Notes: a model not told the origin generated them from the sequence alone. Positions 34,939 through 45,279 are shown, counted from the first letter of the stretch. The stretch is 64,000 nucleotides of DNA from Bacteroidaceae bacterium (GCA_963662035.1 CAVLDO010000004.1:10902-74901), one strand, 5' to 3'. Program-made: numbers and translations.

Positions 34939-35946
34939 TCAGTTCTTTTTCTCTCCGTTTTTCTTGAAGACTGCGTAGGAACGCATAAAATGAATATAGG
35001 GCAGGGCGGGGTGCCCCATAAGGCTCTGACCGGGTTCTTTCTGGTCGTGCATCAGCCCGGACTTGGCGGCGAACGAGGTGTGGTCGGCCACGTGTATGTG
35101 TCCGCCAAGGCCCACCTGACCTCCCAGCACGCAGTGCTCGCCGATGTGGGTGCTGCCCGCAATGCCGCACATCGCGGCCATCACGGTGTTGGCCCCCACC
35201 TCCACATTGTGGGCGATCATTACCAGATCGTCCAGCTTGACCCCCTTGTGGATGACTGTCGAACCCATCGCGGCGCGGTCCACGCAGGTGTTGGCGCCGA
35301 TTTCCACATTCTCCTCCAGCACCACGTTGCCGGTCTGCTGTATCTTCTTGTAGGTGCCGTCCTCGCGCGGGGCGAATCCAAAGCCGTCGGCACCTATGAT
35401 GCAGCCCGAATGCAGGATGCAGTTGTCGCCCACCACGCAGTCGTGGTAGATCTTGACGCCGGGGTAGATGGTTACATTGTTTCCGATGCGGACATTGTTG
35501 CCTATATATACTTGGGGATAAATCTGGCAGTCGCGGCCCACAATTGCCTTGCGCTCCACTACGGTGTAGTCGCCGATGTAGGTGCCGCGGCCCACTTTGC
35601 CCCGGACGGTGCGGCCGGCATTCAGCAGGCAGGCTATGGGGTTGGCCCTGCGGCGCGAACTCTTAAGGGCGGCGAAGTGCTCCAGAAGGTCGGCCACCGC
35701 CTGATAGGCATCGTCCACCGCTATCATGGTGGCGTTTACAGGCTCCCTGGGGGTGAACGAACGGTTCACCAGCACCACGCTGGCGCCGGTGGTGTAGAGA
35801 TATTTTTCGTATTTGGGGTTGGCCAGAAAGCAGATGTTGCCGCTCTTGCCATATTCGATTCTCGCAGGAGAAGATACCTGTACATCGGGATTGCCGATGA
35901 TCTCGCCTCCCAGATGTTCTGCAATTTCCCTTGCCGAAATAGTCAT
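34939..35946 (-). CDS. lpxD: UDP-3-O-acylglucosamine N-acyltransferase
   Basis: 335 aa. N-terminal uridine-binding domain (ISAREIAEHLGGEIIGNPD), then hexapeptide repeats. Its stop abuts the lpxC start. Confidence 0.9.
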   Translation of the reverse strand: MTISAREIAEHLGGEIIGNPDVQVSSPARIEYGKSGNICFLANPKYEKYLYTTGASVVLVNRSFTPREPVNATMIAVDDAYQAVADLLEHFAALKSSRRRANPIACLLNAGRTVRGKVGRGTYIGDYTVVERKAIVGRDCQIYPQVYIGNNVRIGNNVTIYPGVKIYHDCVVGDNCILHSGCIIGADGFGFAPREDGTYKKIQQTGNVVLEENVEIGANTCVDRAAMGSTVIHKGVKLDDLVMIAHNVEVGANTVMAAMCGIAGSTHIGEHCVLGGQVGLGGHIHVADHTSFAAKSGLMHDQKEPGQSLMGHPALPYIHFMRSYAVFKKNGEKKN

Positions 35947-35974
35947 TTTCTGAAAAAATTAAATATATGGGCTG

Positions 35975-35982
35975 CAAATGTA
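35975..35982 (-). promoter_or_regulatory. -7 promoter box (TACATTTG on minus strand) for the lpxD operon
   Basis: Exact TAnnTTTG 29 nt upstream of the lpxD ATG. Part of the perfect inverted repeat TGCAAAT-N8-ATTTGCA (35973-35994). Confidence 0.45.
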
Positions 35983-36012
35983 ATAAAATTTGCACAATAA
36001 AGCTATAAGGGC

Positions 36013-36020
36013 TATATTTG
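36013..36020 (+). promoter_or_regulatory. -7 promoter box TATATTTG for the rimP-nusA-infB operon
   Basis: Exact TAnnTTTG in the divergent lpxD/rimP intergenic region. Confidence 0.5.
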
Positions 36021-36026
36021 TGGCCG

Positions 36027-36059
36027 AAATCGAGGGGCTGGACAGTCCCTCGATTTTTT
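36027..36059 (+). terminator. Leader hairpin plus U-tract (putative transcription attenuator) upstream of rimP
   Basis: Perfect 10-bp stem AAATCGAGGG/CCCTCGATTT (36027-36036/36047-36056), with a T6 run (36054-36059) continuing from the 3-prime arm. No + strand gene ends upstream, so it is not an ordinary gene terminator. Confidence 0.55.
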
Positions 36060-36093
36060 ATGTGACCTTCAAATATTGTAAAGTTCAGAGTTT

Positions 36094-36552
36094 ATGAAAC
36101 AGGCTGAAGTGTTGAAAGCGGCGGCAGAGAGCTATTCGCAGGAACACGGACTTTTTGTGGTGTCGGTGGATATCTCCCCCGACAACGATGTAGAGGTTGT
36201 AATCGAGGCCGACGAGCGCGACGTGACCCTCGACGACTGCGTGGATATGACCCGCTACATACAGGAGAGGGTAGACCGCGACCTGGAGGATTATTCTCTG
36301 ACCATCGGCAGTGCCGGCCTCACCGCCCCTTTCAAGGTGCCCAGGCAGTGGAAGAAGGCGGTCGGGAGCGAGATTCAGATCACGCTCAAAAGCGGCTCCC
36401 GCATCAAGGCCGACCTGCTCTCGGCAGATGAAGACGGCATCAGAGTCTCCCGCCAGAAAAAGGTGGAGGGCAAGAAGGCGGCCCGGGAGACCGTGGTAGA
36501 GCACTTGACATACGAAGAAATCAAAACAGCAAAACCTATAATAAAATTTTAA
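36094..36552 (+). CDS. rimP: Ribosome maturation factor RimP
   Basis: 152 aa, conserved position immediately upstream of nusA. LEVVIE.D......D type pattern (VEVVIEADERDVTLDDCVDMTRYI). Confidence 0.85.
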   Translation: MKQAEVLKAAAESYSQEHGLFVVSVDISPDNDVEVVIEADERDVTLDDCVDMTRYIQERVDRDLEDYSLTIGSAGLTAPFKVPRQWKKAVGSEIQITLKSGSRIKADLLSADEDGIRVSRQKKVEGKKAARETVVEHLTYEEIKTAKPIIKF

Positions 36553-36558
36553 CGACAA

Positions 36559-37803
36559 ATGGAAGGGTTAAATCTTGTCAGCACTTTCGCTGAATTCAAA
36601 GAGGGCATGAACATAGACAGGCCGACGATGATGAGCGTCCTGGAGGAGGCTTTCCGTGCACAGCTCGAGAAGATGTACGGCGAGGGCTCCAAGTTCGATA
36701 TAGTGATCAATATCGACAAGGGCGACTTTGAAATCTGGCGCACCCGCGAGGTGGTTGAGACGGTCGATGACCCCGCAACGCAGATCTCGCTCGAGGATGT
36801 CCGCAAGATAGACGACTCCTACGACATCGGCGAGGATTTCACCGAAGAGGTGAAGCTGAGCCAGTTTGGACGCCGAGGCATCCTGAACATACGCCAGAAC
36901 CTTGCCGGCCGCATTATGGACATCGACAAGGCCAACCTGTACAACAAATACAAAGAGCGCATCGGCGAGATAATCGTGGGCCAGGTGCACCAGTCCTGGA
37001 AGAAGGGCGCAGTGATTCACGACGAGGACAAGAACGAGCTGGTGCTGCCCAAGAGCGAGCAGATTCCCTCCGACTTCTTCCGCAAGGATGACACGGTCAA
37101 GGCCATAATCTCCAGCGTGGAGATGCGCAACAATTCGCCCGTCATCACACTCTCGCGTACATCCAACCTCTTTCTGGAGAAGCTCTTCGAGCAGGAGGTG
37201 CCCGAGATTTTCGATGGCCTGATCACCATAAAGAAGGTGGTGCGCATCCCCGGCGAGAGGGCCAAGGTGGCGGTGGAGTCTTACGACGACCGCATCGACC
37301 CAGTGGGCGCCTGCGTGGGCGTCAAGGGCTCGCGTATCCACGGCATCGTGAAGGAGCTGCACAACGAGAACATCGATGTCATCAACTGGACCAACAACAA
37401 GCAGCTGCTGCTGCAGCGCGCCCTCTCTCCCGCAAAAATCTCCTCTATGGAGTTCAATGAGGCGACCAAGACAGTGAATGTGTATCTCAAGCCCTCCGAG
37501 GTCTCCGTGGCAATCGGCAAGGGCGGCTGCAACATCAAGCTTGCGGGTATGCTCATAGACTATCAGATCGAGGCCTACCGCGAGGCTGACGAGACCGAGT
37601 CCTCCGGCGTGGAGGAAGATGTGCTGCTGGAGGATTTCGGCGACGAAATCGACGGCTGGATCATCGAGGCCCTCAAGGGCATCGGGCTTGACACCGCCAA
37701 GAGCGTGCTGGCCCTCCCCGTGGAGGAGATCAGCCGCCGCGCCGACCTGGAAGACGAGACGGTGGAGGAGGTTCAGAAGATACTCCGGGCCGAGTTTGAA
37801 TAA
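36559..37803 (+). CDS. nusA: Transcription termination/antitermination factor NusA
   Basis: 414 aa. N-terminal domain, S1 domain, two KH domains (DPVGACVGVKGSRI; AIGKGGCNIKLA). Confidence 0.95.
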   Translation: MEGLNLVSTFAEFKEGMNIDRPTMMSVLEEAFRAQLEKMYGEGSKFDIVINIDKGDFEIWRTREVVETVDDPATQISLEDVRKIDDSYDIGEDFTEEVKLSQFGRRGILNIRQNLAGRIMDIDKANLYNKYKERIGEIIVGQVHQSWKKGAVIHDEDKNELVLPKSEQIPSDFFRKDDTVKAIISSVEMRNNSPVITLSRTSNLFLEKLFEQEVPEIFDGLITIKKVVRIPGERAKVAVESYDDRIDPVGACVGVKGSRIHGIVKELHNENIDVINWTNNKQLLLQRALSPAKISSMEFNEATKTVNVYLKPSEVSVAIGKGGCNIKLAGMLIDYQIEAYREADETESSGVEEDVLLEDFGDEIDGWIIEALKGIGLDTAKSVLALPVEEISRRADLEDETVEEVQKILRAEFE

Positions 37804-37828
37804 TCGATAAAAACATAGGGGGATTAAA

Positions 37829-40666
37829 ATGTCAAAGATAAGAGCAAATAAAGTAGTTAAGGATTTTAACATTTCTCTTGGGACTCTGGTGGAGTTTCTA
37901 TCGAAGAAGGGTATTGAGATAGAGTCAAACCCCAGCGCTCAGCTCTCCGATGAGGCGTATGCCCTCGTGGAGAAGGAATTCGCAAAAGAGCACCAGCTCA
38001 AAGAGCAGTCCCGCAAGGTCGCCATCACCGTAAAGGAGATTACAGAGACTGCCCGCGCCAAGAGCGTGGAAGAGGAGCAGGAGGAGGTCCGCATCAAGAC
38101 CAACATTCTGGACAGCGGCTATTTCTCTACCAAGCCGGCAGACGAAAAACCTGCCGCAGAGAAGCCCGCGCCCGCTGTAAAGGAGTCTCAGGCGCCCGGG
38201 CAGGAGCCGGAAGCAAAAGGCCCGGCCGAAGCCGATGCCCCTGCCGCAGAAAAGCAGCCTGCCGCACCCGGGCAGAGCGCTGCGCCGCAGACTTCGCAGC
38301 CCGCACAGGGCCCCGGTCTCAAGGTGCTCGGCACAATAGATCTCGACTCCCGCAACCGCCCGGTCAAGCATGCGCCATCCCCCGCAGAAAAGCCTCAACC
38401 GGTGCAGGAAGTCAAGTCGGAGCCCGAACAGAAATCAGGACAGGCCTTAGCTCCTGCGGCAGAGCAGAAAGAGGAACCCAAGGCCCCTGCCAAGCAGACT
38501 GTCGAGCATATAGAAACAACTGTGGCGCAGCTCAAAGGTCCCGTGGTTCTGGACAAGATAAACCTTGATGAAATCCGCTCCAGAAGCGGCAGCCCGCGCG
38601 ACAAAAAGAAGAAGCGCGACCGCATCCACAACCAGACCACTAAGGTTGACATCAACAAGCCCGGCACATACGCCGCCGCAGGCGCCGCCACAGCTGACAA
38701 GAACCGCCGAGGCAAGAAGAACCAGAATGCAGCAGCCGACAAGTTTGTGAGGGCCGAGGCTGATGCCGAGGCCGTACAGCGTCAGATCAAGGAGACCTAC
38801 GCCCGCCTCACCGAGAGCCGCAGCAAGACCAAGGGAAGCAAGCACCGCCGCGAGAAGCGTGAAATCTTCGAGCAGAAGCAGCAGGAAAATCTGCAGCAGG
38901 AGAGCTTGACAAGCAATGTTTTGAGAGTTACCGAGTTTGTTACGGTAAACGAGCTCGCCATAATGATGAACAACACCCCCGTGACCAAGGTCATAGAGGC
39001 CTGCATGAACCTGGGACAGATGGTTTCCATCAACCAGAGGCTCGAGGCGGACGTGCTGGTGCTGGTGGCCGAGGAGTTCGGCTATAAGATAGAGTTCACC
39101 ACCGCCGACGAGCAGGAGGCGTTGGAGCAGGAGGCGGACCGTCCCGAGGACCTGGTGCCCAGACCCCCCATCATCACCGTGATGGGCCACGTGGACCACG
39201 GCAAGACCTCCCTGCTGGACTACATCCGCAAGTCCAACGTGATTGCGGGCGAGGCCGGCGGCATCACCCAGCACATCGGCGCCTACAATGTGGAGCTGCC
39301 CGACGGCCGCCGCATCACCTTCCTCGACACTCCGGGCCACGAGGCTTTCACCGCCATGCGTGCCCGTGGTGCCAAACTCACCGACATCGCCATAATCATC
39401 ATCGCCGCCGACGATGCGGTGATGCCCCAGACTGTGGAGGCCATCAACCACGCGCAGGCTGCCGGGGTGCCGATGGTATTCGCGATAAACAAGATAGACA
39501 AGCCGGGCGCGAGCGGAGAAAAGATCCGCGAGCAGCTGGCCAATATGAACATTCTGGTGGAAGACTGGGGCGGCAAATACCAGTGCCAGGAGATCTCCGC
39601 CAAGAAGGGTATAAATGTGGACAAGCTGCTGGAGAAGGTGCTGCTTGAGGCTGATATGCTGGAGCTCAAGGCCAACCCCAACAAGCGCGCCGTGGGCAGC
39701 GTGGTGGAGTCCTCGCTCGACAAAGGGCGCGGCTATCTGGCCACCGTGCTGATTCAGGGCGGTACCCTGCACGTGGGCGACATTGTGCTGGCGGGCTGCT
39801 ACACCGGCCGCGTGAAGGCGATGTTCAACGAGCGCGGGCAGAAAATCACCGAGGCGGGCCCCGCGACCCCCGTGTCGGTACTCGGCCTCAACGGCGCCCC
39901 CGCCGCAGGCGACACCATCAATGTCCTCGACGACGAGAAGGAAGCAAAGGAGATTGCCAACAAGCGCGAGCAGCTGCTCCGTATGCAGGGTCTGCGCTCT
40001 CAGCAGCACATCACCCTGGAGGAGATCGGCCGCCGCATAGCAATCGGCAACTTCAAGGAGCTCAACATAATCCTCAAGGCGGATGTGGACGGCTCCATCG
40101 AGGCTCTGGCCGACTCCCTCATCAAGCTCTCCACCGAGGAGGTCAAGGTCAATGTGATCCACAAGGCCGTGGGCGCGATTTCCGAGTCGGACGTGCTGCT
40201 GGCAGTGGCCTCCAACGCCATTATCATCGGCTTCCAGGTGCGCCCCAGCGCAGATGCACGCCGCCAGGCGGAGAAAGAGGGGATCGAAATCCGCCTCTAT
40301 TCGGTAATCTACGACGCCATCAACGAGGTCAAAGATGGTATAGAGGGTATGCTTGCGCCGGAAGAGAAGGAGCAGATCACAGCCACTGCGGAGGTGCGCG
40401 AGACCTTCAAGATCTCCAAGGTCGGCACCATTGCCGGCTGTATGGTCAAGGAGGGCAAGCTGACCCGCACCGCCAAGGTGCGCGTGATCCGCGACGGAAT
40501 CGTGGTTTACACGGGGCTGCTGGGTTCTCTCAAGCGCTTCAAGGACGATGTCAAGGAGGTTGCCGCCGGCTATGACTGCGGCATCAACATAGAGAATTTC
40601 AACGACATCAAGGTGGGCGACGTGATAGAGGCCTACACTATTGTGGAAATCAAGCGCACGCTATAG
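37829..40666 (+). CDS. infB: Translation initiation factor IF-2
   Basis: 945 aa. Low-complexity Pro/Ala/Glu-rich N-terminus. GTPase motifs [21 protein letters not shown]. Confidence 0.95.
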   Translation: MSKIRANKVVKDFNISLGTLVEFLSKKGIEIESNPSAQLSDEAYALVEKEFAKEHQLKEQSRKVAITVKEITETARAKSVEEEQEEVRIKTNILDSGYFSTKPADEKPAAEKPAPAVKESQAPGQEPEAKGPAEADAPAAEKQPAAPGQSAAPQTSQPAQGPGLKVLGTIDLDSRNRPVKHAPSPAEKPQPVQEVKSEPEQKSGQALAPAAEQKEEPKAPAKQTVEHIETTVAQLKGPVVLDKINLDEIRSRSGSPRDKKKKRDRIHNQTTKVDINKPGTYAAAGAATADKNRRGKKNQNAAADKFVRAEADAEAVQRQIKETYARLTESRSKTKGSKHRREKREIFEQKQQENLQQESLTSNVLRVTEFVTVNELAIMMNNTPVTKVIEACMNLGQMVSINQRLEADVLVLVAEEFGYKIEFTTADEQEALEQEADRPEDLVPRPPIITVMGHVDHGKTSLLDYIRKSNVIAGEAGGITQHIGAYNVELPDGRRITFLDTPGHEAFTAMRARGAKLTDIAIIIIAADDAVMPQTVEAINHAQAAGVPMVFAINKIDKPGASGEKIREQLANMNILVEDWGGKYQCQEISAKKGINVDKLLEKVLLEADMLELKANPNKRAVGSVVESSLDKGRGYLATVLIQGGTLHVGDIVLAGCYTGRVKAMFNERGQKITEAGPATPVSVLGLNGAPAAGDTINVLDDEKEAKEIANKREQLLRMQGLRSQQHITLEEIGRRIAIGNFKELNIILKADVDGSIEALADSLIKLSTEEVKVNVIHKAVGAISESDVLLAVASNAIIIGFQVRPSADARRQAEKEGIEIRLYSVIYDAINEVKDGIEGMLAPEEKEQITATAEVRETFKISKVGTIAGCMVKEGKLTRTAKVRVIRDGIVVYTGLLGSLKRFKDDVKEVAAGYDCGINIENFNDIKVGDVIEAYTIVEIKRTL

Positions 40667-41515
40667 CGCGGCTCTGCGGCGCAGGTTGCGGCAGAGCGCC
40701 GTGCGCCAGTCCTCCCTTGCGATGCCCAATTCGCTGCGGATCAGGGAGCAGTCAAGATAAGAATATTTCGGACGGGTGGCCTTCTGCGGGTACTCGTCCG
40801 ATTTTATTTCCCGCACGCGGCAGCCGAGGCCCGCCCCGCTCATGATGGCGGCGGCAAAGTCGCTCCAGCTGCAGGCCCCCTCGCCGCTGTAGTGGAATAT
40901 CTCACCCCGCCGGTCTCCGATCCGGGGTAGGGCGGCCGCTATGGCTTGCGCAAGAGAGTCGGCGGCGGTGGGAGAGCCGATCTGGTCACAGACAACCCCC
41001 ACTTCATCCCGGTCGCGCCCCAGGCGGAGCATCGTCTTCATAAAATTTCTGCCGAACGGGGAGTAGAGCCAGGAGGTGCGGACTATGATGCCGCGGCAGC
41101 CTGTGGCGCGCATCGCTCTCTCCCCGGAGAGTTTGCTTTGCCCGTAAACGCTCAGCGGGGCCGGAGAGTCGCTCTCGCGGTAGGGGGTGCGGCTGCGTCC
41201 GTCAAACACAAAGTCGGTGGAGATGTGCACCAGGGCGGCGCCGCATTCAAGGGCGGCTTCGGCAAGGTTGCGGACTCCGTCGGAGTTCACAGCAAAGCAG
41301 CGCTGTGCCTCGGCCTCGGCCCGCTCCACATCGGTGTAGGCGGCGCAGTTGATTATGGTGCCGACGCCTCTCTCCCTTGCAAACGCTTTCAGCGCCGCAG
41401 AGTCCAGAATGTCCAGCTCGTGCCCTGTGGAAAGAACATCAGCCTTTCCGGCAAGTTTCAGCTGCAGCTCCCGCCCCAGCTGTCCCCGGGCTCCGGCAAT
41501 CCAAATAACACTCAT
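40661..41515 (-). CDS. rfbD: dTDP-4-dehydrorhamnose reductase
   Basis: Track ORF starts at TTG 41536. ATG 41515 gives [14 protein letters not shown] (Rossmann GxxGxxG). Motifs [36 protein letters not shown]. Confidence 0.85.
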   Translation of the reverse strand: MSVIWIAGARGQLGRELQLKLAGKADVLSTGHELDILDSAALKAFARERGVGTIINCAAYTDVERAEAEAQRCFAVNSDGVRNLAEAALECGAALVHISTDFVFDGRSRTPYRESDSPAPLSVYGQSKLSGERAMRATGCRGIIVRTSWLYSPFGRNFMKTMLRLGRDRDEVGVVCDQIGSPTAADSLAQAIAAALPRIGDRRGEIFHYSGEGACSWSDFAAAIMSGAGLGCRVREIKSDEYPQKATRPKYSYLDCSLIRSELGIAREDWRTALCRNLRRRAAL

Positions 41516-41533
41516 AGATTGATATATTTCCGA

Positions 41534-41541
41534 CAAAAATA
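41534..41541 (-). promoter_or_regulatory. -7 promoter box (TATTTTTG on minus strand) for rfbD
   Basis: TAnnTTTG match 19 nt upstream of ATG 41515. Confidence 0.4.
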
Positions 41542-41582
41542 GATATAAAAATCGGTCTTGGCATAATTCCGCCCTTTTATTA

Positions 41583-41590
41583 TATCTTTG
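41583..41590 (+). promoter_or_regulatory. -7 promoter box TATCTTTG for the DUF4290/ftsK transcription unit
   Basis: Exact TAnnTTTG 24 nt upstream of ATG 41614. Confidence 0.5.
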
Positions 41591-41613
41591 CAGTTTAAAA
41601 GCCTAAAAACGAT

Positions 41614-42246
41614 ATGGACTACAATACATACAGAGACAAGCTTATACTGCCCGAATACGGACGGCACGTGCAGAAGATGATAGAAAGGGCCAAGGGGATT
41701 GAAGACAGGCAGAAGCGTTCCGAGCAGATACAGGCCGTGGTTAACGTAATGGTGCTGCTGAACCCTTCTCTAAAGGAATTTCCCGACTACAAGCGCAAGC
41801 TTTGGGATCACGTATATGTGATTGCCGGCTACGATCTGGATATAGATTCGCCCTTTGGGGCGCCGCAGGCAGCCTCTGCCGCCAGCCGTCCGGAGCCGAT
41901 TCCGGTGGAGAAGCGCCCCATCAAGGCCAGCTGCTACGGCCGCAACATAGAGAATATGATAGATCTGGTGTCCGGCATAGACGATGCCGCAGTCCGCACC
42001 GAGATGATCCGCAATCTGGCCCGCTATATGCGCCAGCAATATCTCATCTGGAACAAGGACACCGTGGCCGACGAGACCATACTCAAGGATATGGTGCGTT
42101 TGGCGGACGGCAAGATCACCATCCCGGAGGGGCTGGAGCTCGGCGCCGTGCACGGCGAATTCAACCGCCCCAGGCCCTTTGACGCGCGCTCCGCACAGCA
42201 GTTCGGCAAAAAGCGCGGCAAAAAGAAACACAAGAGCAACTTCTAA
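41614..42246 (+). CDS. DUF4290-like conserved Bacteroidota protein
   Basis: MDYNTYRDKLILPEYGRHVQKMIE... is the characteristic N-terminus I associate with DUF4290. Basic C-terminal tail. Function unknown. Confidence 0.6.
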   Translation: MDYNTYRDKLILPEYGRHVQKMIERAKGIEDRQKRSEQIQAVVNVMVLLNPSLKEFPDYKRKLWDHVYVIAGYDLDIDSPFGAPQAASAASRPEPIPVEKRPIKASCYGRNIENMIDLVSGIDDAAVRTEMIRNLARYMRQQYLIWNKDTVADETILKDMVRLADGKITIPEGLELGAVHGEFNRPRPFDARSAQQFGKKRGKKKHKSNF

Positions 42247-42255
42247 CGCCCGCCG

Positions 42256-44667
42256 ATGGCCAGCAAGAGAAAAAGAAAGAAGAAAGCCCGCGGCCCGCTT
42301 CTGAGCGAAGAGAGCAAAATAGCGATCCGCGTGCTGCTGGGATTACTGCTTATCGCCGCAACGGTGGTGGTGGCGGGTTCGCTGCTGTCGTATCTCTTCA
42401 CCTGGAAGGCCGACTACAGCATCAAGACCGACCCCGACCTCTGGCGGGAATATGTCCAGGCCCAGAACATCTGCGGCAAGACCGGTTATTACATCGCCGA
42501 CTTTCTGATAGCGCGGCTGTTCGGGCTCGGGGCCTACTGCGTCCCCGTGTTTTTGGCGGCGCTCACGGTGGCCTGCTTCCGCATACGCAGGGTGCGCCTG
42601 CTGAGAGCCTTCCTGCTCTCCCTGATGGGCTGCATCGTGGTGTCTCTTGCGGCATCATATGTCTGCGGCTACTTTGACGTGGCGATTCTCGCCACCGGGG
42701 CGGGCGGCTCCTACGGCTATTTCGCCAACAAGTTTCTTGTGGCCACCCTCGGCCCTTTAGGGGCGGGGCTGTGCAACGCTCTGCTGCTGTTGCTCTGGCT
42801 CATACTCTGCAGCCGCGGCGTGGCCCGCTCCATAGACAACTTCATAAGGCGCATCTTTACACGCAAGCCCAAGCCCAAGCCGGAACTTCCCGAAGACGGG
42901 GAGGCTGCCGGGCAGGATGATGATATTGTGGATCTGACGGGCGAAGACTTCCTGCAGGAAAATTCCGTTCCCCTGACGCTGGAGGAGGCCGCCGAAACCG
43001 GATCTTCGGATTCGGAGACAGAGTCGGCCAAGACAGCTGCGGACGAGACCATAGAGCTTGTGGATGACGGAGCCCCGGCCTCTTCGGATGTCAAGATAAC
43101 TGTGGAGAGCGGCGGCTACGATCCGCACGCAAATATGGAGGAGGATGAGATGTCGCATCTCTACAACCCCCGTCTGGATCTCTCCAGCTACAACTTCCCC
43201 ACCGTGGCGCTGCTCGACGACTACAAAGACAAGTGGTACGACATATCTCTGGACGAGATGGAGCGCAACAAGAACCGCATCGTCCACACCCTTGGCAGCT
43301 ATAAGATCAGGGTGGACAGTATCTCTGCCAAGAAAGGGCCCACCGTGACCCTCTACAAGATCCGTCTGGCCGAGGGGACCCGCATAGCGCAGGTCAAGCG
43401 GCTGGAAGAGGATATCGCTATGTCACTGGGGGCAAAGGGGGTGCGCGTGCTGGTGCTGGAGGCTGCCATCGGCATTGAGGTGGCCAATGAAAAGCCCAGC
43501 GTGGTGCCGCTCAAGATGGTGCTCAACTCTCCGCAGTACCGCGAAAAGAGTCCCAAGATGGAGCTTCCGGTGGCGCTTGGCATCACGGTGACCAACGAAC
43601 CGTTCTTCCTGGATCTGGCCAAGATGCCCCACTTGCTGGTGGCCGGCGCCACAGGTATGGGTAAGTCGGTGGGCCTCAACGCGATTGTGGCCTCGCTGCT
43701 CTATGCCAAGCACCCCGCCGAGATGAAGTTTGTGATGGTCGATCCCAAAAAGGTAGAACTGGACTTCTACAGCGCGCTGGAGAAGCATTTTCTGGCGGTG
43801 CTGCCCGATGCGGACGAGGTCATCATCACCGACACCACCAAGGTGGTGCACACGCTGCGCTCGCTCTGCACCGAGATGGATGCGCGCTACGACCTGCTGC
43901 GCGACGGCGGGGTGCGCAAAATCACCGAATATAACGAGAAGTTTCTCGCCCGCAGGCTCAATCCCCTCAAGGGGCACAAGTTCCTCCCCTACATAGTGGT
44001 GGTGATAGATGAGTTCGCCGATCTGCTGATGACCGCCGGACGCGAGATAGAGGAGCCGATCGGCCGTCTGGCGCAGAAGGCCCGCGCTGTGGGCATCCAC
44101 CTGGTAATAGCCACCCAGAGACCTACGACCGATGTCATCACCGGCACCATCAAGGCCAACTTCAACTCCCGCATTGCCTTCAAGGTCAATTCGGGCGTGG
44201 ACAGCAAGACCATAATCGATGCTTCCGGGGCGCAACGTCTCATCGGCCGCGGCGATATGTTGGTGCTCTATCCCGGGCAGGATCTGGTGCGCGTGCAGTG
44301 CGCTATGATCGACACCCCCGAAATCGAGAGCATCACCAAGTTCATCGGCGGCCAGCGGGGCTACAGTCACCCCTTCTGGCTCCCCGAGTATCACGAAGAG
44401 AGCGAGGGTGCGGGCAAGGAGGTGAATCTGACCCGTCGCGATGCGCTGTTTGAGGAGGCGGCCAAAATGCTTGTGCAGATGCAGATGGGTTCGACTTCTA
44501 TGCTGCAGCGCAAGTTCGAGATCGGATACAACCGTGCCGGCAAGATTATGGACCAGATGGAGGCGGCCGGCATTGTGGGGCCTGCAAACGGCAGCAAGAG
44601 CCGCGATGTGCTTGTGAGCGATTTTGACACGCTGGACCGCATACTCGCTTCGCTTGACCACCAATAG
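42256..44667 (+). CDS. ftsK: DNA translocase FtsK/SpoIIIE
   Basis: N-terminal TM segments, acidic linker, Walker A GATGMGKS, Walker B VVVIDEFADL, C-terminal gamma winged-helix STSMLQRKFEIGYNRAGKIMDQME. Confidence 0.95.
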   Translation: MASKRKRKKKARGPLLSEESKIAIRVLLGLLLIAATVVVAGSLLSYLFTWKADYSIKTDPDLWREYVQAQNICGKTGYYIADFLIARLFGLGAYCVPVFLAALTVACFRIRRVRLLRAFLLSLMGCIVVSLAASYVCGYFDVAILATGAGGSYGYFANKFLVATLGPLGAGLCNALLLLLWLILCSRGVARSIDNFIRRIFTRKPKPKPELPEDGEAAGQDDDIVDLTGEDFLQENSVPLTLEEAAETGSSDSETESAKTAADETIELVDDGAPASSDVKITVESGGYDPHANMEEDEMSHLYNPRLDLSSYNFPTVALLDDYKDKWYDISLDEMERNKNRIVHTLGSYKIRVDSISAKKGPTVTLYKIRLAEGTRIAQVKRLEEDIAMSLGAKGVRVLVLEAAIGIEVANEKPSVVPLKMVLNSPQYREKSPKMELPVALGITVTNEPFFLDLAKMPHLLVAGATGMGKSVGLNAIVASLLYAKHPAEMKFVMVDPKKVELDFYSALEKHFLAVLPDADEVIITDTTKVVHTLRSLCTEMDARYDLLRDGGVRKITEYNEKFLARRLNPLKGHKFLPYIVVVIDEFADLLMTAGREIEEPIGRLAQKARAVGIHLVIATQRPTTDVITGTIKANFNSRIAFKVNSGVDSKTIIDASGAQRLIGRGDMLVLYPGQDLVRVQCAMIDTPEIESITKFIGGQRGYSHPFWLPEYHEESEGAGKEVNLTRRDALFEEAAKMLVQMQMGSTSMLQRKFEIGYNRAGKIMDQMEAAGIVGPANGSKSRDVLVSDFDTLDRILASLDHQ

Positions 44668-44702
44668 GGCGTTTGGCACCCGATTTGCCATCAGCAACCG
44701 TT

Positions 44703-45197
44703 ATGAAAAAGATTCTGACAATATTTCTGCTCTGCACCGCCGCCATCGGACTGCGTGCGCAAAGCAGTGCCGCGACCCTCTGGGGCGAACTTAAGAAACA
44801 GGAGACACTCTCTATGGACTTTTCCCTGAAAGGGGTGGACAAAGATGGGGTGGTGGTGAGCGATGAGACCGGCAAGGCATATCTGCAGGGTGACTGCTAC
44901 CGCATAGAGTGCGGCGATATGCTCATCTGCTGCGACGGAGTCTCGATGTGGCTCTACAATACCTCAAGCGAGGAGCTGGTGATAGACGTTGACGGGGCGC
45001 TCCCCTTTATGAACGCCACCGATGTCAAGCGTGACCAGAAGGGCAACATCAACGCCACCTACACCGCCGACGACGTCATATTCAAGGTCAAAGTCTCCGG
45101 CATCAAGAATCCCGGGCAGAAATACAGCGGCTACTTCTTCAAAATAGACGAGTCTGCCCTGCCGGAAGAGGTCATAGTCACCGACCTGCGCGACTGA
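44703..45197 (+). CDS. LolA-like outer-membrane lipoprotein carrier family protein
   Basis: Trimmed to ATG 44703 (MKKILTIFLLCTAAIGLRA|QSS). GKAYLQGDCYRIECGDMLICCDGVSMWLYN resembles the LolA-like pattern. ftsK-lolA synteny. Shorter than canonical LolA. Confidence 0.55.
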   Translation: MKKILTIFLLCTAAIGLRAQSSAATLWGELKKQETLSMDFSLKGVDKDGVVVSDETGKAYLQGDCYRIECGDMLICCDGVSMWLYNTSSEELVIDVDGALPFMNATDVKRDQKGNINATYTADDVIFKVKVSGIKNPGQKYSGYFFKIDESALPEEVIVTDLRD

Positions 45198-45221
45198 CGC
45201 CGCACCCGGCGGCCGCAAAGT

Positions 45222-45261
45222 AAAACGCGAAGAGCCCTTCCCGCCCTTCGCGTTTTTTTTT
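45222..45261. terminator. Bidirectional rho-independent terminator between the convergent lolA-like and kinase genes
   Basis: 11-bp stem AAAACGCGAAG/CTTCGCGTTTT (45222-45232/45246-45256), with an A-run on one side and a T9 run on the other. Confidence 0.75.
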
Positions 45262-45279
45262 GTTAAAGGTGGGACGGCG

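Noticed and set aside
33225-36000. Long + strand ORFs opposite lpxA (33225..34016) and lpxD (34930..36000).
   Set aside because: Hexapeptide-repeat genes characteristically generate open antisense frames. The minus-strand products carry unmistakable LpxA/LpxC/LpxD motifs and operon-style junctions.
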